Below, piece after piece: positions 13,679 to 23,148 of a stretch of 64,000 nt of DNA. Position 1 is the first letter of the stretch; each line of letters begins with the position of its first letter. This DNA comes from Candidatus Eiseniibacteriota bacterium (GTDB lineage: Bacteria > Eisenbacteria > RBG-16-71-46). The stretch covers positions 480,001 to 544,000 of the forward strand of contig OY970342.1 of NCBI GenBank assembly GCA_963717505.1. Direction: 5' to 3'. A program made the position numbers and the translations under genes. Under the pieces are notes generated by a model. It made no database searches and had not been told where the DNA came from. It saw nothing but the letters and a program-made list of their open reading frames with translations.

Positions 13679-13984
13679 TTACCAGCCGACCCCGAAATAC
13701 CTTTGAGCCATGAACGTCACGAACCAACGGATGTCGCCATTACCGCGCATCGTGATTCCGACATCGCTGTCGGGATCGCTGTTCGGACCTGACGTTGGGT
13801 CCTTCTGACCGCCGCCAACATCGGGTTCCCCGGTGCTCGTCGAGGGGCCGATGTCATCGACTCCCCACGTCGCCGGTCGCTTGCCGTGAAACACGGAGCG
13901 AGCCGACGCGTCGTTCGCGACGAACGCCGTGGCGGTGATCAGCAGGGTCGTGATGATCAGGAGGCTGTTGCGAAACTTGAGCAT
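13679..13984 (-). CDS. Small secreted protein / putative signalling pro-peptide (101 aa)
   Basis: AAGGGAG RBS; Sec signal ending in ASA; acidic G/P/D-rich mature part; aromatic C-terminus; ends 20 nt upstream of the activator ORF. Confidence 0.75.
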   Translation of the reverse strand: MLKFRNSLLIITTLLITATAFVANDASARSVFHGKRPATWGVDDIGPSTSTGEPDVGGGQKDPTSGPNSDPDSDVGITMRGNGDIRWFVTFMAQRYFGVGW

Positions 13985-14160
13985 TCGTTGCTGCTCCCTT
14001 AATCCCCTGGTCCATATCAAGACGCTTGACAGTAAGCCGGTTCGAGGAACGCCGGATCTATCAAGCTATCGACCGGATGGAGGGGACCTCTGGAGTACCG
14101 GTAGCAGCTCTTCTTACAACCAGACGCTCATTTTGCTTTTTCTTGCTCTGTTCGCCGGCT

Positions 14161-15153
14161 TCAGTATCCGCCCGCGGGGGAACGGTCGTCAACGGTCGAA
14201 TCACCCAATCCGGGGGGAGAAGCCCCCCTTGGCCCGACGGCTGCCATGCGGGCCAGGCCGTAGCGGAGCCCCTGGGTCGAGCAAATGAGGGCGGTGGAGG
14301 GGAATCGCTCGACCAGGGCATGAACGACGCGGCAGCCTGCGACCACGATGTCGGCCCGTCCTTCACCCATGGCGGGCCACAGGCGCCGCTCCCGATCGGT
14401 CGATTTCTCGATCTGCCCCATCAGGCCCGCGAGCCTGTCTCCGGTTATTCGCCAGCCCTCGAGGAGGCCGGGGTCGTAGGTGACCATTTGCCTGTCGAGC
14501 ATGGCGAGCACGGTGATCGTTCCCCCGACTCCGGCCAGCAACGGCGCTTCCAGCGGCATCAATGCACATTCATGCATAAGATGTTCGGCGACGTGCCGGT
14601 CCAGGCTTTCGATTTCCTCGGCCGCGGGTGGGTTGGTCGAGAGGAAGCGCTCGGTCAGGCTGACGGCGCCGAATGGCAGGCTGGCCCAGCGCCCGGGAAC
14701 TGTTCCCACCCCGCTGACCACCTCCGTGCTTCCGCCGCCAATATCGAAAACCAGGCAGGCGCTTCCGGCGCCCGGTCCCCCCAGCCCGGTGACGACCGCG
14801 TGATAGACGGTTCGAGCTTCCTCGTCGCCGGTGAGGATCCGAACCGGAACTCCGGCCCGATTCGAGATCAGCCGAGCGACGTCCGAGCCGTTGCGCGCAG
14901 AGCGCAGCGCCGCCGTGGCGCCCGCGAGAAGCCGCGTCGCCCCGAGGGAACGGGCCCGGCCGGCAAACTCGGTCGCGATCCGAGCCGCCCGCTCGGCCAG
15001 CTCGGGGAGAATCTCGCCGGTCCGGCCCAGATCCCGGGCCAGCCGGCAGGGCTCACCCGCTCGCGTCACGGTCGTGAGGGGCCCATCAGGAACGACGTCG
15101 GCGACCAGCAGCCGAACGGAATTCGAGCCGATATCAATTGCACCGACACGCAT
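14161..15153 (-). CDS. ppx: Ppx/GppA exopolyphosphatase family protein
   Basis: IDIGSNS, ATAALR.A.N, EEA, DIGGGSTE, GRADI and GLRYG motifs. Confidence 0.9.
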   Translation of the reverse strand: MRVGAIDIGSNSVRLLVADVVPDGPLTTVTRAGEPCRLARDLGRTGEILPELAERAARIATEFAGRARSLGATRLLAGATAALRSARNGSDVARLISNRAGVPVRILTGDEEARTVYHAVVTGLGGPGAGSACLVFDIGGGSTEVVSGVGTVPGRWASLPFGAVSLTERFLSTNPPAAEEIESLDRHVAEHLMHECALMPLEAPLLAGVGGTITVLAMLDRQMVTYDPGLLEGWRITGDRLAGLMGQIEKSTDRERRLWPAMGEGRADIVVAGCRVVHALVERFPSTALICSTQGLRYGLARMAAVGPRGASPPGLGDSTVDDRSPAGGY

Positions 15154-15155
15154 AG

Positions 15156-15677
15156 TTAGAGGAGGTAGTCCTCGAGTTCTCCGGTTTTCCTGGGCCCTCT
15201 CAAGCGGACCGGTGCCTCGCCAGGGTCGGGAGCAGCCGGTGGAGCCAGATCGGCGGCAGGAACTTCAGGTGTGGGTGCTGACGAACGCAGCTTCCTCTTG
15301 AGGAGCATCGCCGGGGGCCGGGGCTCGGTCGGGACGTCCGAAGATCGGGCTTGAGTCTTCCGAGTCTGGGTCGATCGGGCCCCGGCCGCCTCGCGCGAGC
15401 CCGCTTCGCCCCCGAGCGCCCAGGAGACCAGGCTGGCAACCTGATCCCCCCCCGCGACCGAGAAGACCACGCGTTTTCCGTCCCGCCGGCGCTCGACCAC
15501 CCCAACCCGGGTCAGGGCCTGCAGGTGTCGAGTGGTACAGGACTGCGAGAGTCTGACTCGCCTGGCCAGATCGGTGACGCACAGCTCGCGACGCTGGAGT
15601 TCGACAAGGACCCGGAAACGTGATGGGTCTCCGACGCAGGCCATCAGGTCCCTGGCTCGATCCTGTCGATCTTCCAT
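15156..15677 (-). CDS. ArsR/SmtB-family transcriptional regulator
   Basis: DPSRFRVL, LCVTDLA, SQS..TRHL..L...GVV..RRDG winged HTH; disordered tail. Alternative start at 15692. Confidence 0.85.
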   Translation of the reverse strand: MEDRQDRARDLMACVGDPSRFRVLVELQRRELCVTDLARRVRLSQSCTTRHLQALTRVGVVERRRDGKRVVFSVAGGDQVASLVSWALGGEAGSREAAGARSTQTRKTQARSSDVPTEPRPPAMLLKRKLRSSAPTPEVPAADLAPPAAPDPGEAPVRLRGPRKTGELEDYLL

Positions 15678-15691
15678 TGCATGGACATGCA
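15678..15691. promoter_or_regulatory. Palindromic operator candidate for ArsR autoregulation
   Basis: TGCATG-GA-CATGCA abuts the arsR start; a divergent rlmN promoter TTGACT-17-TAGCGT lies at 15707-15735. Confidence 0.5.
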
Positions 15692-15765
15692 TAACATCGG
15701 AACTCGTTGACTGCAAATGCCTGCGTTGATAGCGTCCGACGGCCGTCGAACCCTCGAGCCCACTC

Positions 15766-16824
15766 ATGGTGTCACGCAACACGGCCTTCGGGCCCCCTAG
15801 CTTCTACGGATTCAGCCGAGATCAGCTGGTAGAGCGCCTCGCCTCTCTGGGCCAGGCACCTTACCGCGCCGACCAGATTTTCTCCTGGGTCTACCTGCAT
15901 CATGAGCGAGACCCGGGTCGGATGACCAATCTGCCCCAGGCGCTGCGCAATCGGCTGCCCGAGGTGTGCGGCCTCGAGCCTGTCCGCGGCACCGAAATCC
16001 GCGGCACCCTCGACGGCTCGACCCACAAGTTCGTCCTGGCACTCGACGATGCCGCCCGGGTCGAATCGGTTTCGATGAGGACCGAGCGCAGGCTCACGTT
16101 CTGCCTCTCGAGCCAGGTCGGGTGCGCACTCAAGTGCTCGTTCTGTGCCACCGGCTTGATGGGGCTCAAGCGCAACCTGCGGCCCGACGAGATCGTGGCT
16201 CAGGTGGTGGCGATGGGCGACCATCACGACTGGCGCGATGACCGCTTCAATCTGGTCTTCATGGGCATGGGCGAGCCCCTCGCCAACTACGACGCCGTCC
16301 TGCACGCGATTCGCATCCTGAACGACCCGCGCGGTCTCAACGTCGGAATGCGGCGGGTCACGGTCTCGACCAGCGGACTCGTGCCGCAGATTCGCCGATT
16401 GGCGGAGGAAGGGCTCGCGCTCGGGCTCGCGGTGTCGCTGCACGCGACCACCGATTCCCTTCGGGACGAACTGGTGCCGGTCAATCGGCGCTGGCCGATC
16501 CGGGAGCTGCTCGATGCCGCCCGCGACTACGGTCGCACCGTCGGCCGGCGCGTCACGCTCGAGTACACCCTGATCGCCGGCGTCAACGATTCCGAGGCGG
16601 ATGCCGACCGACTGGCGGCGTTCGCGCGCGAGCTGCCGAGCAAGATCAACCTGATCCCCTACAATCCGGTGCCCGGCTTGTCCTGGCAACGACCCACGCC
16701 GGAATCGGTCCGCGCCTTCGCGGAACGTCTATACCCGCGGGCCCCCGCGGTCACGGTGCGCCACACGATGGGTGGAGAGATCTGGGCCGCGTGCGGACAA
16801 CTCGGCGGCCTGGGATCCGGTTGA
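15766..16824 (+). CDS. rlmN: 23S rRNA/tRNA m2A methyltransferase RlmN
   Basis: CLSSQVGC...CSFC radical-SAM motif; MGMGEP; SLHA; AACGQL. Confidence 0.95.
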   Translation: MVSRNTAFGPPSFYGFSRDQLVERLASLGQAPYRADQIFSWVYLHHERDPGRMTNLPQALRNRLPEVCGLEPVRGTEIRGTLDGSTHKFVLALDDAARVESVSMRTERRLTFCLSSQVGCALKCSFCATGLMGLKRNLRPDEIVAQVVAMGDHHDWRDDRFNLVFMGMGEPLANYDAVLHAIRILNDPRGLNVGMRRVTVSTSGLVPQIRRLAEEGLALGLAVSLHATTDSLRDELVPVNRRWPIRELLDAARDYGRTVGRRVTLEYTLIAGVNDSEADADRLAAFARELPSKINLIPYNPVPGLSWQRPTPESVRAFAERLYPRAPAVTVRHTMGGEIWAACGQLGGLGSG

Positions 16825-16837
16825 GCCGCACCACCCG

Positions 16838-18385
16838 GTGACGCTCCGCACGCGGCTGTTCCTGTCCCTGCTGCTGCTGGCGCTGATTCCGACGGCCGCA
16901 TTCACGCTCTTCACCTGGGACCAGCTCAACCGATCGATCGCCCGCTGGCATCGCCCCGGAGTCGCGCGCGCGCTCGAAGCCGGGCTCGAAGTCGGCCGCT
17001 CGTCCATGGCGCGGCTCGAGGGGTCGTTGCGCGCCAGTGCTTCGACCTGGTCACGAACCTGGCCGCCGGCACCCTGGTCCGACGCGCAGAGAAGCACGCT
17101 GGCGGGAGCACTCAGTGGCGCCGGCGTCGACTTCGTCCAGGTCTACGGCCGCACTCCTGATGGAACGTGGCGGCAGATCGACCAGATCACGCCGCCGGAA
17201 GTGTTGCTGGCCGCACCGGTGGACCTCGCGACCGAGATCGACGCGGCGCTCGAGGAAGATCACACGATCCGATCGGGAACGATCGCGGGTGCGGATCGAA
17301 TGCCGTCGGGCGACGTCCTGATCGCGGCGATCCAGGTTTCACCCGACTTCTTCGGGCAACTCGAGTCGCTCGGACAAGGAGCCGTGTATTATCGCCAGCT
17401 CGGCGCCACGGTCGACCTGCAACGACGCTGGTACGCACTGCTGGTCGGCGCGATCGTGGTGGTCCTGGCAGTGGTCGCTCTGTTGTTGTCGCGCCTGCTG
17501 GCGCGCAGCACGGCGCAACCGATCTCGGAGTTGTCGTCGGCGTTCGATCGCGTGGCCGCCGGCGAGCTGTCGGCCCGGGTGAGGCCCGAAGGCGCTTCGG
17601 AGCTGGCGCGGCTCGGCATGGCATTCAACACGATGACCGGCAGGCTGGAAGCCGCACGCGCCTCCCTCCTGCTCGCGGAGCGCGAAGCGGCCTGGCGTGG
17701 CGTCGCACGCACGCTCGCTCACGAGTTCAAGAACATGATCACGCCGATGAAATTGAACCTGCAGCTGATCGAACACCGGGTCTCCGACATGCCGGGAGTC
17801 GAGGGCGACGCCTTTCGCCGCGAGCTGCGGAGCGTTGGTGTCGAAGTCGATCACCTCGCCCGGCTGTCGCAGCAGTTCGCGCAGTACGCGCGCCTGCCCG
17901 AACCGCGGCTCGAGCCACTCGATGCCGGCGAAGTCGCCGAGAATGCCGTGCGCGCCGACGTTTCGCTCGCGCCGCGCGTCGTAGTCCGTCGCGTGACCTC
18001 CCCGCGCGTTCAGGCCGACCGGCTGCTCCTGGGTCGCGCGATCCACAACCTGGTCCTGAACGCGGTCGAGGCCGACCCCTCGGGGCAACCGGTCGACCTC
18101 GAGGTCTCGACTACCGGCACCGACGCCGTGATCGAGATTCTCGACCGCGGGCCGGGGCTGCCTTCCGAGCTGGCCGGCCGCCTGTTCGAGCCCTACGTCA
18201 GCACCAAACGCCGGGGCAGCGGTCTCGGGCTTTCCCTGGTGCGCGACATCGCCCGCCAGCATGGCGGCAGCGCCGAGCTGTCGGATCGCGAAGGCGGCGG
18301 TGTCCGCGCGCGGCTGGTTCTGCCGCTCGCAGCCTCCGGCGCCGACGAAGTGAATCCTCGCGGCCCGGCCGCCGAAGTGTCATGA
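16838..18385 (+). CDS. NtrY-like membrane sensor histidine kinase (HAMP-HisKA-HATPase)
   Basis: Two TM segments, HAMP, AW..VAR.LAHEFKN, DRGPG, FEPYVSTK and GSGLGL. Confidence 0.9.
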   Translation: MTLRTRLFLSLLLLALIPTAAFTLFTWDQLNRSIARWHRPGVARALEAGLEVGRSSMARLEGSLRASASTWSRTWPPAPWSDAQRSTLAGALSGAGVDFVQVYGRTPDGTWRQIDQITPPEVLLAAPVDLATEIDAALEEDHTIRSGTIAGADRMPSGDVLIAAIQVSPDFFGQLESLGQGAVYYRQLGATVDLQRRWYALLVGAIVVVLAVVALLLSRLLARSTAQPISELSSAFDRVAAGELSARVRPEGASELARLGMAFNTMTGRLEAARASLLLAEREAAWRGVARTLAHEFKNMITPMKLNLQLIEHRVSDMPGVEGDAFRRELRSVGVEVDHLARLSQQFAQYARLPEPRLEPLDAGEVAENAVRADVSLAPRVVVRRVTSPRVQADRLLLGRAIHNLVLNAVEADPSGQPVDLEVSTTGTDAVIEILDRGPGLPSELAGRLFEPYVSTKRRGSGLGLSLVRDIARQHGGSAELSDREGGGVRARLVLPLAASGADEVNPRGPAAEVS

Positions 18386-19731
18386 GCGCGCGCCCGAGTC
18401 TCGCGGTGTTGGTGGTCGACGACGATCCCGCGATCCGTGGCGCGCTGCGCGAGATTCTCGAGCATGCCGGCCATACCGTGACCGAAGCGGAAACCGGCGA
18501 ACGCGCCGTGGCGGCCCTCGAAACCGCCCGCGCCGACGTGGTGCTGCTCGACCTGGCCATGCCCGGAATGCACGGGCTCGAGGCCCTCGAACGCATTCGC
18601 GAGCGCGCCCCCGATACCGGCGTGATCGTGATCACCGGTGAAGCCACGCTGCGGCACGCGATCCAGGCGGGCCAACGCGGCGCGTTCGATTTCATCGAGA
18701 AGCCGCCGGACCGCGAGCATCTGCTGGGCGTGGTCGAGCAGGCGGCGCGGGTCACTCGGCTCAGGCGCGTCGAGCCGGCGCAGGCGGCAGCCGCTGACGG
18801 GCTCGGGATCGTCGGCAACAGCCCGGCCATGGCGGGAGTGGTGGAGCAAATCCGGAGAATCGCACCCTCGCAGGGTCGCGTGCTGATCACCGGCGAGAAC
18901 GGCTCCGGCAAGGAGCTGGTCGCGGAGGGAATCCACGCGTTGTCCAAGCGGGCGTCGGGACCATTCGTCAAACTCAACTGCGCCGCGATTCCGCGCGAGC
19001 TGCTGGAGAGCGAGTTGTTCGGATACGAGCGGGGCGCCTTCACGGGCGCGGTTCAGGCCAAGAAGGGACGCTTCGAACTGGCGCACGAGGGCACGCTGTT
19101 CCTCGACGAGATCGGGGATCTGGCCCTGGACGCACAGGCCAAGCTCCTGCGCGCGCTGGAAACCGGCGAACTCGAGCGGCTCGGTGGCACGCGCACGCTG
19201 ACCTTCGATGTCCGCGTGCTGGCGGCGACCAATCAGGACCTGCGCGAGCGCGTCGAAGCCGGCGATTTCCGCCAGGATCTCTTCTACCGGTTGAACGTGC
19301 TCCCGATTCACGTGCCGCCGCTGCGCGAGCACGCGGCCGACATCGTCCCGCTCGCCGAGCACTTCCTCGCGCGATTTTGCGAAGCCGAGGGCCGGCCACC
19401 GGTCCGGCTGGACCCGGAAGCCGCATCGTTGCTCCAGGAGTACGGCTGGCCGGGCAATGTCCGCGAGCTGCGCAATCTCATGGAACGTGCCGCGATCCTG
19501 GTGCGCGGTTCCTCGGTGACCGCCGGGGACTTGGCCCCGTGGTTGTCGGACAGCCCCGGCCGGCCCGACGCGACCGGACTGCGCGGCGAGATCGAGCGCC
19601 GCGAAGCCGAGGCCATCCGCCGGGCACTCGAAGGCGCCCACTGGAACGTGACCCAGGCCGCGGCCGGCCTCGGAATCGACCGTACCAACCTGCACCGCAA
19701 GATGCGGAAGTACGGGATCAGCCGCCATTGA
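18382..19731 (+). CDS. NtrX/NtrC-family sigma54 response regulator
   Basis: REC domain (VVDDD, LLD, EKP); GENGSGKE; GAFTGA; Fis HTH; ATGA overlap with the kinase. Confidence 0.93.
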   Translation: MSARPSLAVLVVDDDPAIRGALREILEHAGHTVTEAETGERAVAALETARADVVLLDLAMPGMHGLEALERIRERAPDTGVIVITGEATLRHAIQAGQRGAFDFIEKPPDREHLLGVVEQAARVTRLRRVEPAQAAAADGLGIVGNSPAMAGVVEQIRRIAPSQGRVLITGENGSGKELVAEGIHALSKRASGPFVKLNCAAIPRELLESELFGYERGAFTGAVQAKKGRFELAHEGTLFLDEIGDLALDAQAKLLRALETGELERLGGTRTLTFDVRVLAATNQDLRERVEAGDFRQDLFYRLNVLPIHVPPLREHAADIVPLAEHFLARFCEAEGRPPVRLDPEAASLLQEYGWPGNVRELRNLMERAAILVRGSSVTAGDLAPWLSDSPGRPDATGLRGEIERREAEAIRRALEGAHWNVTQAAAGLGIDRTNLHRKMRKYGISRH

Positions 19732-19877
19732 GCGGAATCGCGACACCGCGTCGCGCAGTCGCCACGAACGCCACCTTCGCTGCGCTACGAACTGTGGTTC
19801 GCCCTCGCGGCATGCATCCGGGTCCGAGCCGCTGCCAGCGCTCGACGTCCAGCGGTCGCTCACGCGGGTCACAGCCC

Positions 19878-19892
19878 TGGAACGACCGTTGC
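19878..19892 (+). promoter_or_regulatory. Sigma54 promoter upstream of the barrel/DUF4390 genes
   Basis: TGGAAC-GACCG-TTGC (GG-N10-GC), ~87 nt before GTG 19979. Confidence 0.6.
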
Positions 19893-19978
19893 GAGGTCAG
19901 CATCCCGCGATCATGCTGCGCGCTTCCGCTGCGGAGCCGCGCGGTGCCGGCTGACCCCCGAATCGGAGCCCTCGCCCC

Positions 19979-21274
19979 GTGACCCAGACCCGATCCCCGT
20001 CGACGACGCGCCGGTGGTGCGCGCTCGCTGCGTTCCTGTTGGCTGCGAGCCTTCGCGCCCTGCCCGCCGTGGCGTTCGAAACCGACACGCTGGTGTTCCG
20101 CCCGGCCGCCGAGGACTCGCTCGCGTTCTCGTTCGAGGAGTTTCATGCCCCGGGTGCTTCGCCACCGCCGCGCACGCCCTATGGCGAGAACCTGTTGACC
20201 GACCCGCGCGCCTGGCGGGATCAGGACCGATTCGGACGGCTGGATCTGCTGGGGGACTACAACCGGGTCGACCGCCTCCGGCTCGGCGTCCAGTGGGAGC
20301 TGCAGCAGCCCGAAACCAATCTGCCGCGCGTCGCCGGCCGGATCGAGTATCCGTTCGACCGCGGGCGGTGGCTCTACGGCGTCCAGGTCGAACAGCCGTT
20401 CGGCCCGGGGCAGCAGGCGGCGGTCGGCGCGTCGATGGACCGGCGCACGGACCACAATGAGCTCCAGCAAGTGCCGGACTTCGAGAACAGCCTGGCCTTG
20501 CTGTTCGTCCGCGACGACTTCCGCGACTATTTCGAGCGCGAGGGCGTCGGCGCCTATGTCGCCGCGCGGATACCGCATCTCACCCGCGCGAGCTTTCACG
20601 TCCGGAGCGACGCGTACTCCAGCCTGCCACTCAATGCCGGCACCCGCTCCTGGTTCAACCGCGATCGACCGCTGCGCGACAATCCCGCGATCGACGATGG
20701 CAGTGCCTACACGCTCCAGCTCCGTTTCGAGCGGCAGAGTCATGCCGATCGCCATCCGCACGGCGTCGATCACTGGATCGTGATCGAGCGCGGCGGCATG
20801 GGCCTGGGCGGTGATTTCGATTACGTGCGCGCCTTCGCCGACTTTCGCAGCATCGTCCGGTTGTCCCCCGCCTCGACGCTCCTGCTGCGGGGCGTGGCCG
20901 GGCACGGGGCGAGCGGTGACCTGCCGGCGCAACGTGAATTCCTGGTCGGCGGAGTCGACGGCCTGCGTGCCCACCCCATGGCTGCTTTTCGCGGCAATCA
21001 GATGGTACTGGCGCAAGCCGAGTACATCGTCGGACTATGGCGGCTGCGGTCGCCGTACTTCGATGGCGGGCTTCACCTGATCGCGTTCGTGGACGTGGGC
21101 CGGGCTTGGGATTCACCGGAGCACCATTGGGACGTCGCCAGTCAGCGGATCGAGACGGATGGCGGGTTCGGCTTCGGCTCGTCGGAGGAGACCCTGCGTC
21201 TGACTTTTGCCAAGAATCTGCGCGAACCCGATTCGGATTTCGTCGTGAGTCTGAGACTTCAGCGTCCGTTCTGA
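19979..21274 (+). CDS. Outer-membrane beta-barrel protein (BamA/TamA-like C-terminus)
   Basis: Signal peptide; YNRVD; LP.Q..F.VGG...LR; FVDVGRAW; terminal RPF. Confidence 0.7.
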   Translation: MTQTRSPSTTRRWCALAAFLLAASLRALPAVAFETDTLVFRPAAEDSLAFSFEEFHAPGASPPPRTPYGENLLTDPRAWRDQDRFGRLDLLGDYNRVDRLRLGVQWELQQPETNLPRVAGRIEYPFDRGRWLYGVQVEQPFGPGQQAAVGASMDRRTDHNELQQVPDFENSLALLFVRDDFRDYFEREGVGAYVAARIPHLTRASFHVRSDAYSSLPLNAGTRSWFNRDRPLRDNPAIDDGSAYTLQLRFERQSHADRHPHGVDHWIVIERGGMGLGGDFDYVRAFADFRSIVRLSPASTLLLRGVAGHGASGDLPAQREFLVGGVDGLRAHPMAAFRGNQMVLAQAEYIVGLWRLRSPYFDGGLHLIAFVDVGRAWDSPEHHWDVASQRIETDGGFGFGSSEETLRLTFAKNLREPDSDFVVSLRLQRPF

Positions 21275-21285
21275 CCCCGGCGCCC

Positions 21286-21996
21286 GTGGCCCCGTCGCTC
21301 CCGTCCGGTCCGGAGGGTTTCCGCGTTCGCGCCCTCGTACGCGCGGCGGGGTCGGCCTTCCTGCTGCTCGCGCTCGCCGGGGTCGCTGAAGCGTTCGAGG
21401 TCTCCCTGCAGCGGGTCTACGCGGAGGCGGGCGTCCTGCGCACCGATCTCCGGCTCCGGGACGTGTTCGACGAGCGCATCGAAGCCAGTCTGGCTCGCGG
21501 CATGCCGGCGACACTGTTGATCCATGCCGAGCTGTGGCGGAGCCGGACCGCGTGGTTCGACCGTCTGGTGTCGAACGCAGACGTATCGATCAAGGTGCGC
21601 TTCGAGGCGCTGCGGGGACGCTATCGCATCCAGAGGTCGGGGCTGCCGGATCTCGGCTTCGATTCGATGGACTCGGTGCGGACCATGCTCTCGCGCGCGA
21701 TTCCGATGCCGGTCGGGCGAATGGAAGTGGTCAAGCTCTCGGCGCGCCACTACATGATGATCTCGGTGACGCTGCAGCCGATGACCGTCGAGGATCTGCG
21801 CGAGGGCGAGGAGTGGCTGTCGGGCGAAGTCGAAGCCGGGCGCGATGCCGGATTCGGAATCCTGGCGAGCCTGCCCCGCTCGGTGTTCGACGCGTTGCGG
21901 GACTACGCCGGGCTCGGCGATCGGCGCGCGCGCGTCGTCTCGCCCGACTTCGTACCCGAATCGCTGCCGGTCGACTGGCCTACGGAGTCCAGATGA
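21286..21996 (+). CDS. DUF4390-domain periplasmic protein
   Basis: Signal peptide; L..G.P......ELWR.R..WFD pattern. Confidence 0.7.
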   Translation: MAPSLPSGPEGFRVRALVRAAGSAFLLLALAGVAEAFEVSLQRVYAEAGVLRTDLRLRDVFDERIEASLARGMPATLLIHAELWRSRTAWFDRLVSNADVSIKVRFEALRGRYRIQRSGLPDLGFDSMDSVRTMLSRAIPMPVGRMEVVKLSARHYMMISVTLQPMTVEDLREGEEWLSGEVEAGRDAGFGILASLPRSVFDALRDYAGLGDRRARVVSPDFVPESLPVDWPTESR

Positions 21997-22963
21997 AACG
22001 CGCGCCGCGGGCTCCCGGTGAGCGCGGGCGCGCGAACATCACCTGGGGGCCCGTCGATCCCGCGATCGATCGCGCGTCTGCGAACCACTCGACCACGCCG
22101 CCCGAACTTCGCGGCTCGACGGTCATCAAACGGCGGCCCTGAGCGTCGAATAGATCGAGCGGAACGAACGGTCCACCGGTCCGTCGGAACCGAATCGGGC
22201 CGCGTGCGGGATTGGGCGACACCTCGAGTCCGGCGGCGACGCTCGGGCCCGCGAGTTCGGCGAGAAACGAACGCAGGCCGGAAACGCTCCTCGGCGGGGT
22301 CAGGGCAGCGTTCTCGATGCCGCCCGAGCCGACCGCGAGGGCGCCGCCGAACAGCACCCGAAAGTCCTCGGCGAAGATCTCGTGCGGCCGGTCCTGGTGT
22401 TGGGCGTTCGCATGGTAGAGACCTTCATCTGCGATGCCGCGCAACGCGCGGTAGGCGGCCCAGCGTTCGACGTCGTGGTCCGGCATGACCGTGTACTGGA
22501 CGATGTGTCCCAGTTCGTGGGCGACCTCGGCGTGCTGGTGCTCGCGGCTCAAAGGCTGAACGCCGGGCGAAAGCAGGATCAGTCCGGGACCGGCGGCCGA
22601 GCTCAGGGCGCCCCGGCGCGGGTAGGGCAGGATGTAGATGTCGACTTCGATGCTCGCGAGCGGAAAGTCCAGCTCGCGAATCGCGGCGTCGACTTCATGC
22701 GCCTCGAACGGATGGAACGCGCCGTCACCGGGATTGGCGATCGCGGGATCGAGCACCGAAGTGATCAGCTCGAAGCGCTGGCCGCCGGGCAGCGTGAACC
22801 ACAGCGTGCCGTCCTGGTCGCGGGTGCAGTGACTGCCGAGCACGGTCGCCGCGTCGCGCACCACGAGACCACGGGCCGGGGACGAGCGTTCCAGCTCATC
22901 GGCCGCGGACGGAAGGGCAAGAGCCCCAAGCAGCAGGACCGGAAGGAGGACGCGGGTGCACAT
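21980..22963 (-). CDS. Secreted zincin-like protein with degenerate T9SS-type C-terminal domain
   Basis: Signal peptide; AHELGH and E.FAEDF; VSPNP..G and LFDAQGR tail. Confidence 0.7.
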   Translation of the reverse strand: MCTRVLLPVLLLGALALPSAADELERSSPARGLVVRDAATVLGSHCTRDQDGTLWFTLPGGQRFELITSVLDPAIANPGDGAFHPFEAHEVDAAIRELDFPLASIEVDIYILPYPRRGALSSAAGPGLILLSPGVQPLSREHQHAEVAHELGHIVQYTVMPDHDVERWAAYRALRGIADEGLYHANAQHQDRPHEIFAEDFRVLFGGALAVGSGGIENAALTPPRSVSGLRSFLAELAGPSVAAGLEVSPNPARGPIRFRRTGGPFVPLDLFDAQGRRLMTVEPRSSGGVVEWFADARSIAGSTGPQVMFARPRSPGARGARFIWTP

Positions 22964-23148
22964 GTCCCCACGTCATTTGCCACATCCATGCCCCGGAGCC
23001 ACCCGTTGTCAGCGTTGGGCACAACTCGGCAGCGGGTTGCGCGACAGCGGCTTACCGTGTGGGCGCGGCGACCCGGACGCGTTCGCGAACCGGCGGCCGG
23101 CAGAATCCGGGGGGAAAGTTCCCAGGCGGGGCTCCGGGCCCCGCCGGT

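Noticed and set aside
22978-22994. GG-N10-GC upstream of the zincin-like gene
   Set aside because: Flanking bases deviate at both elements, so it is too weak to call.
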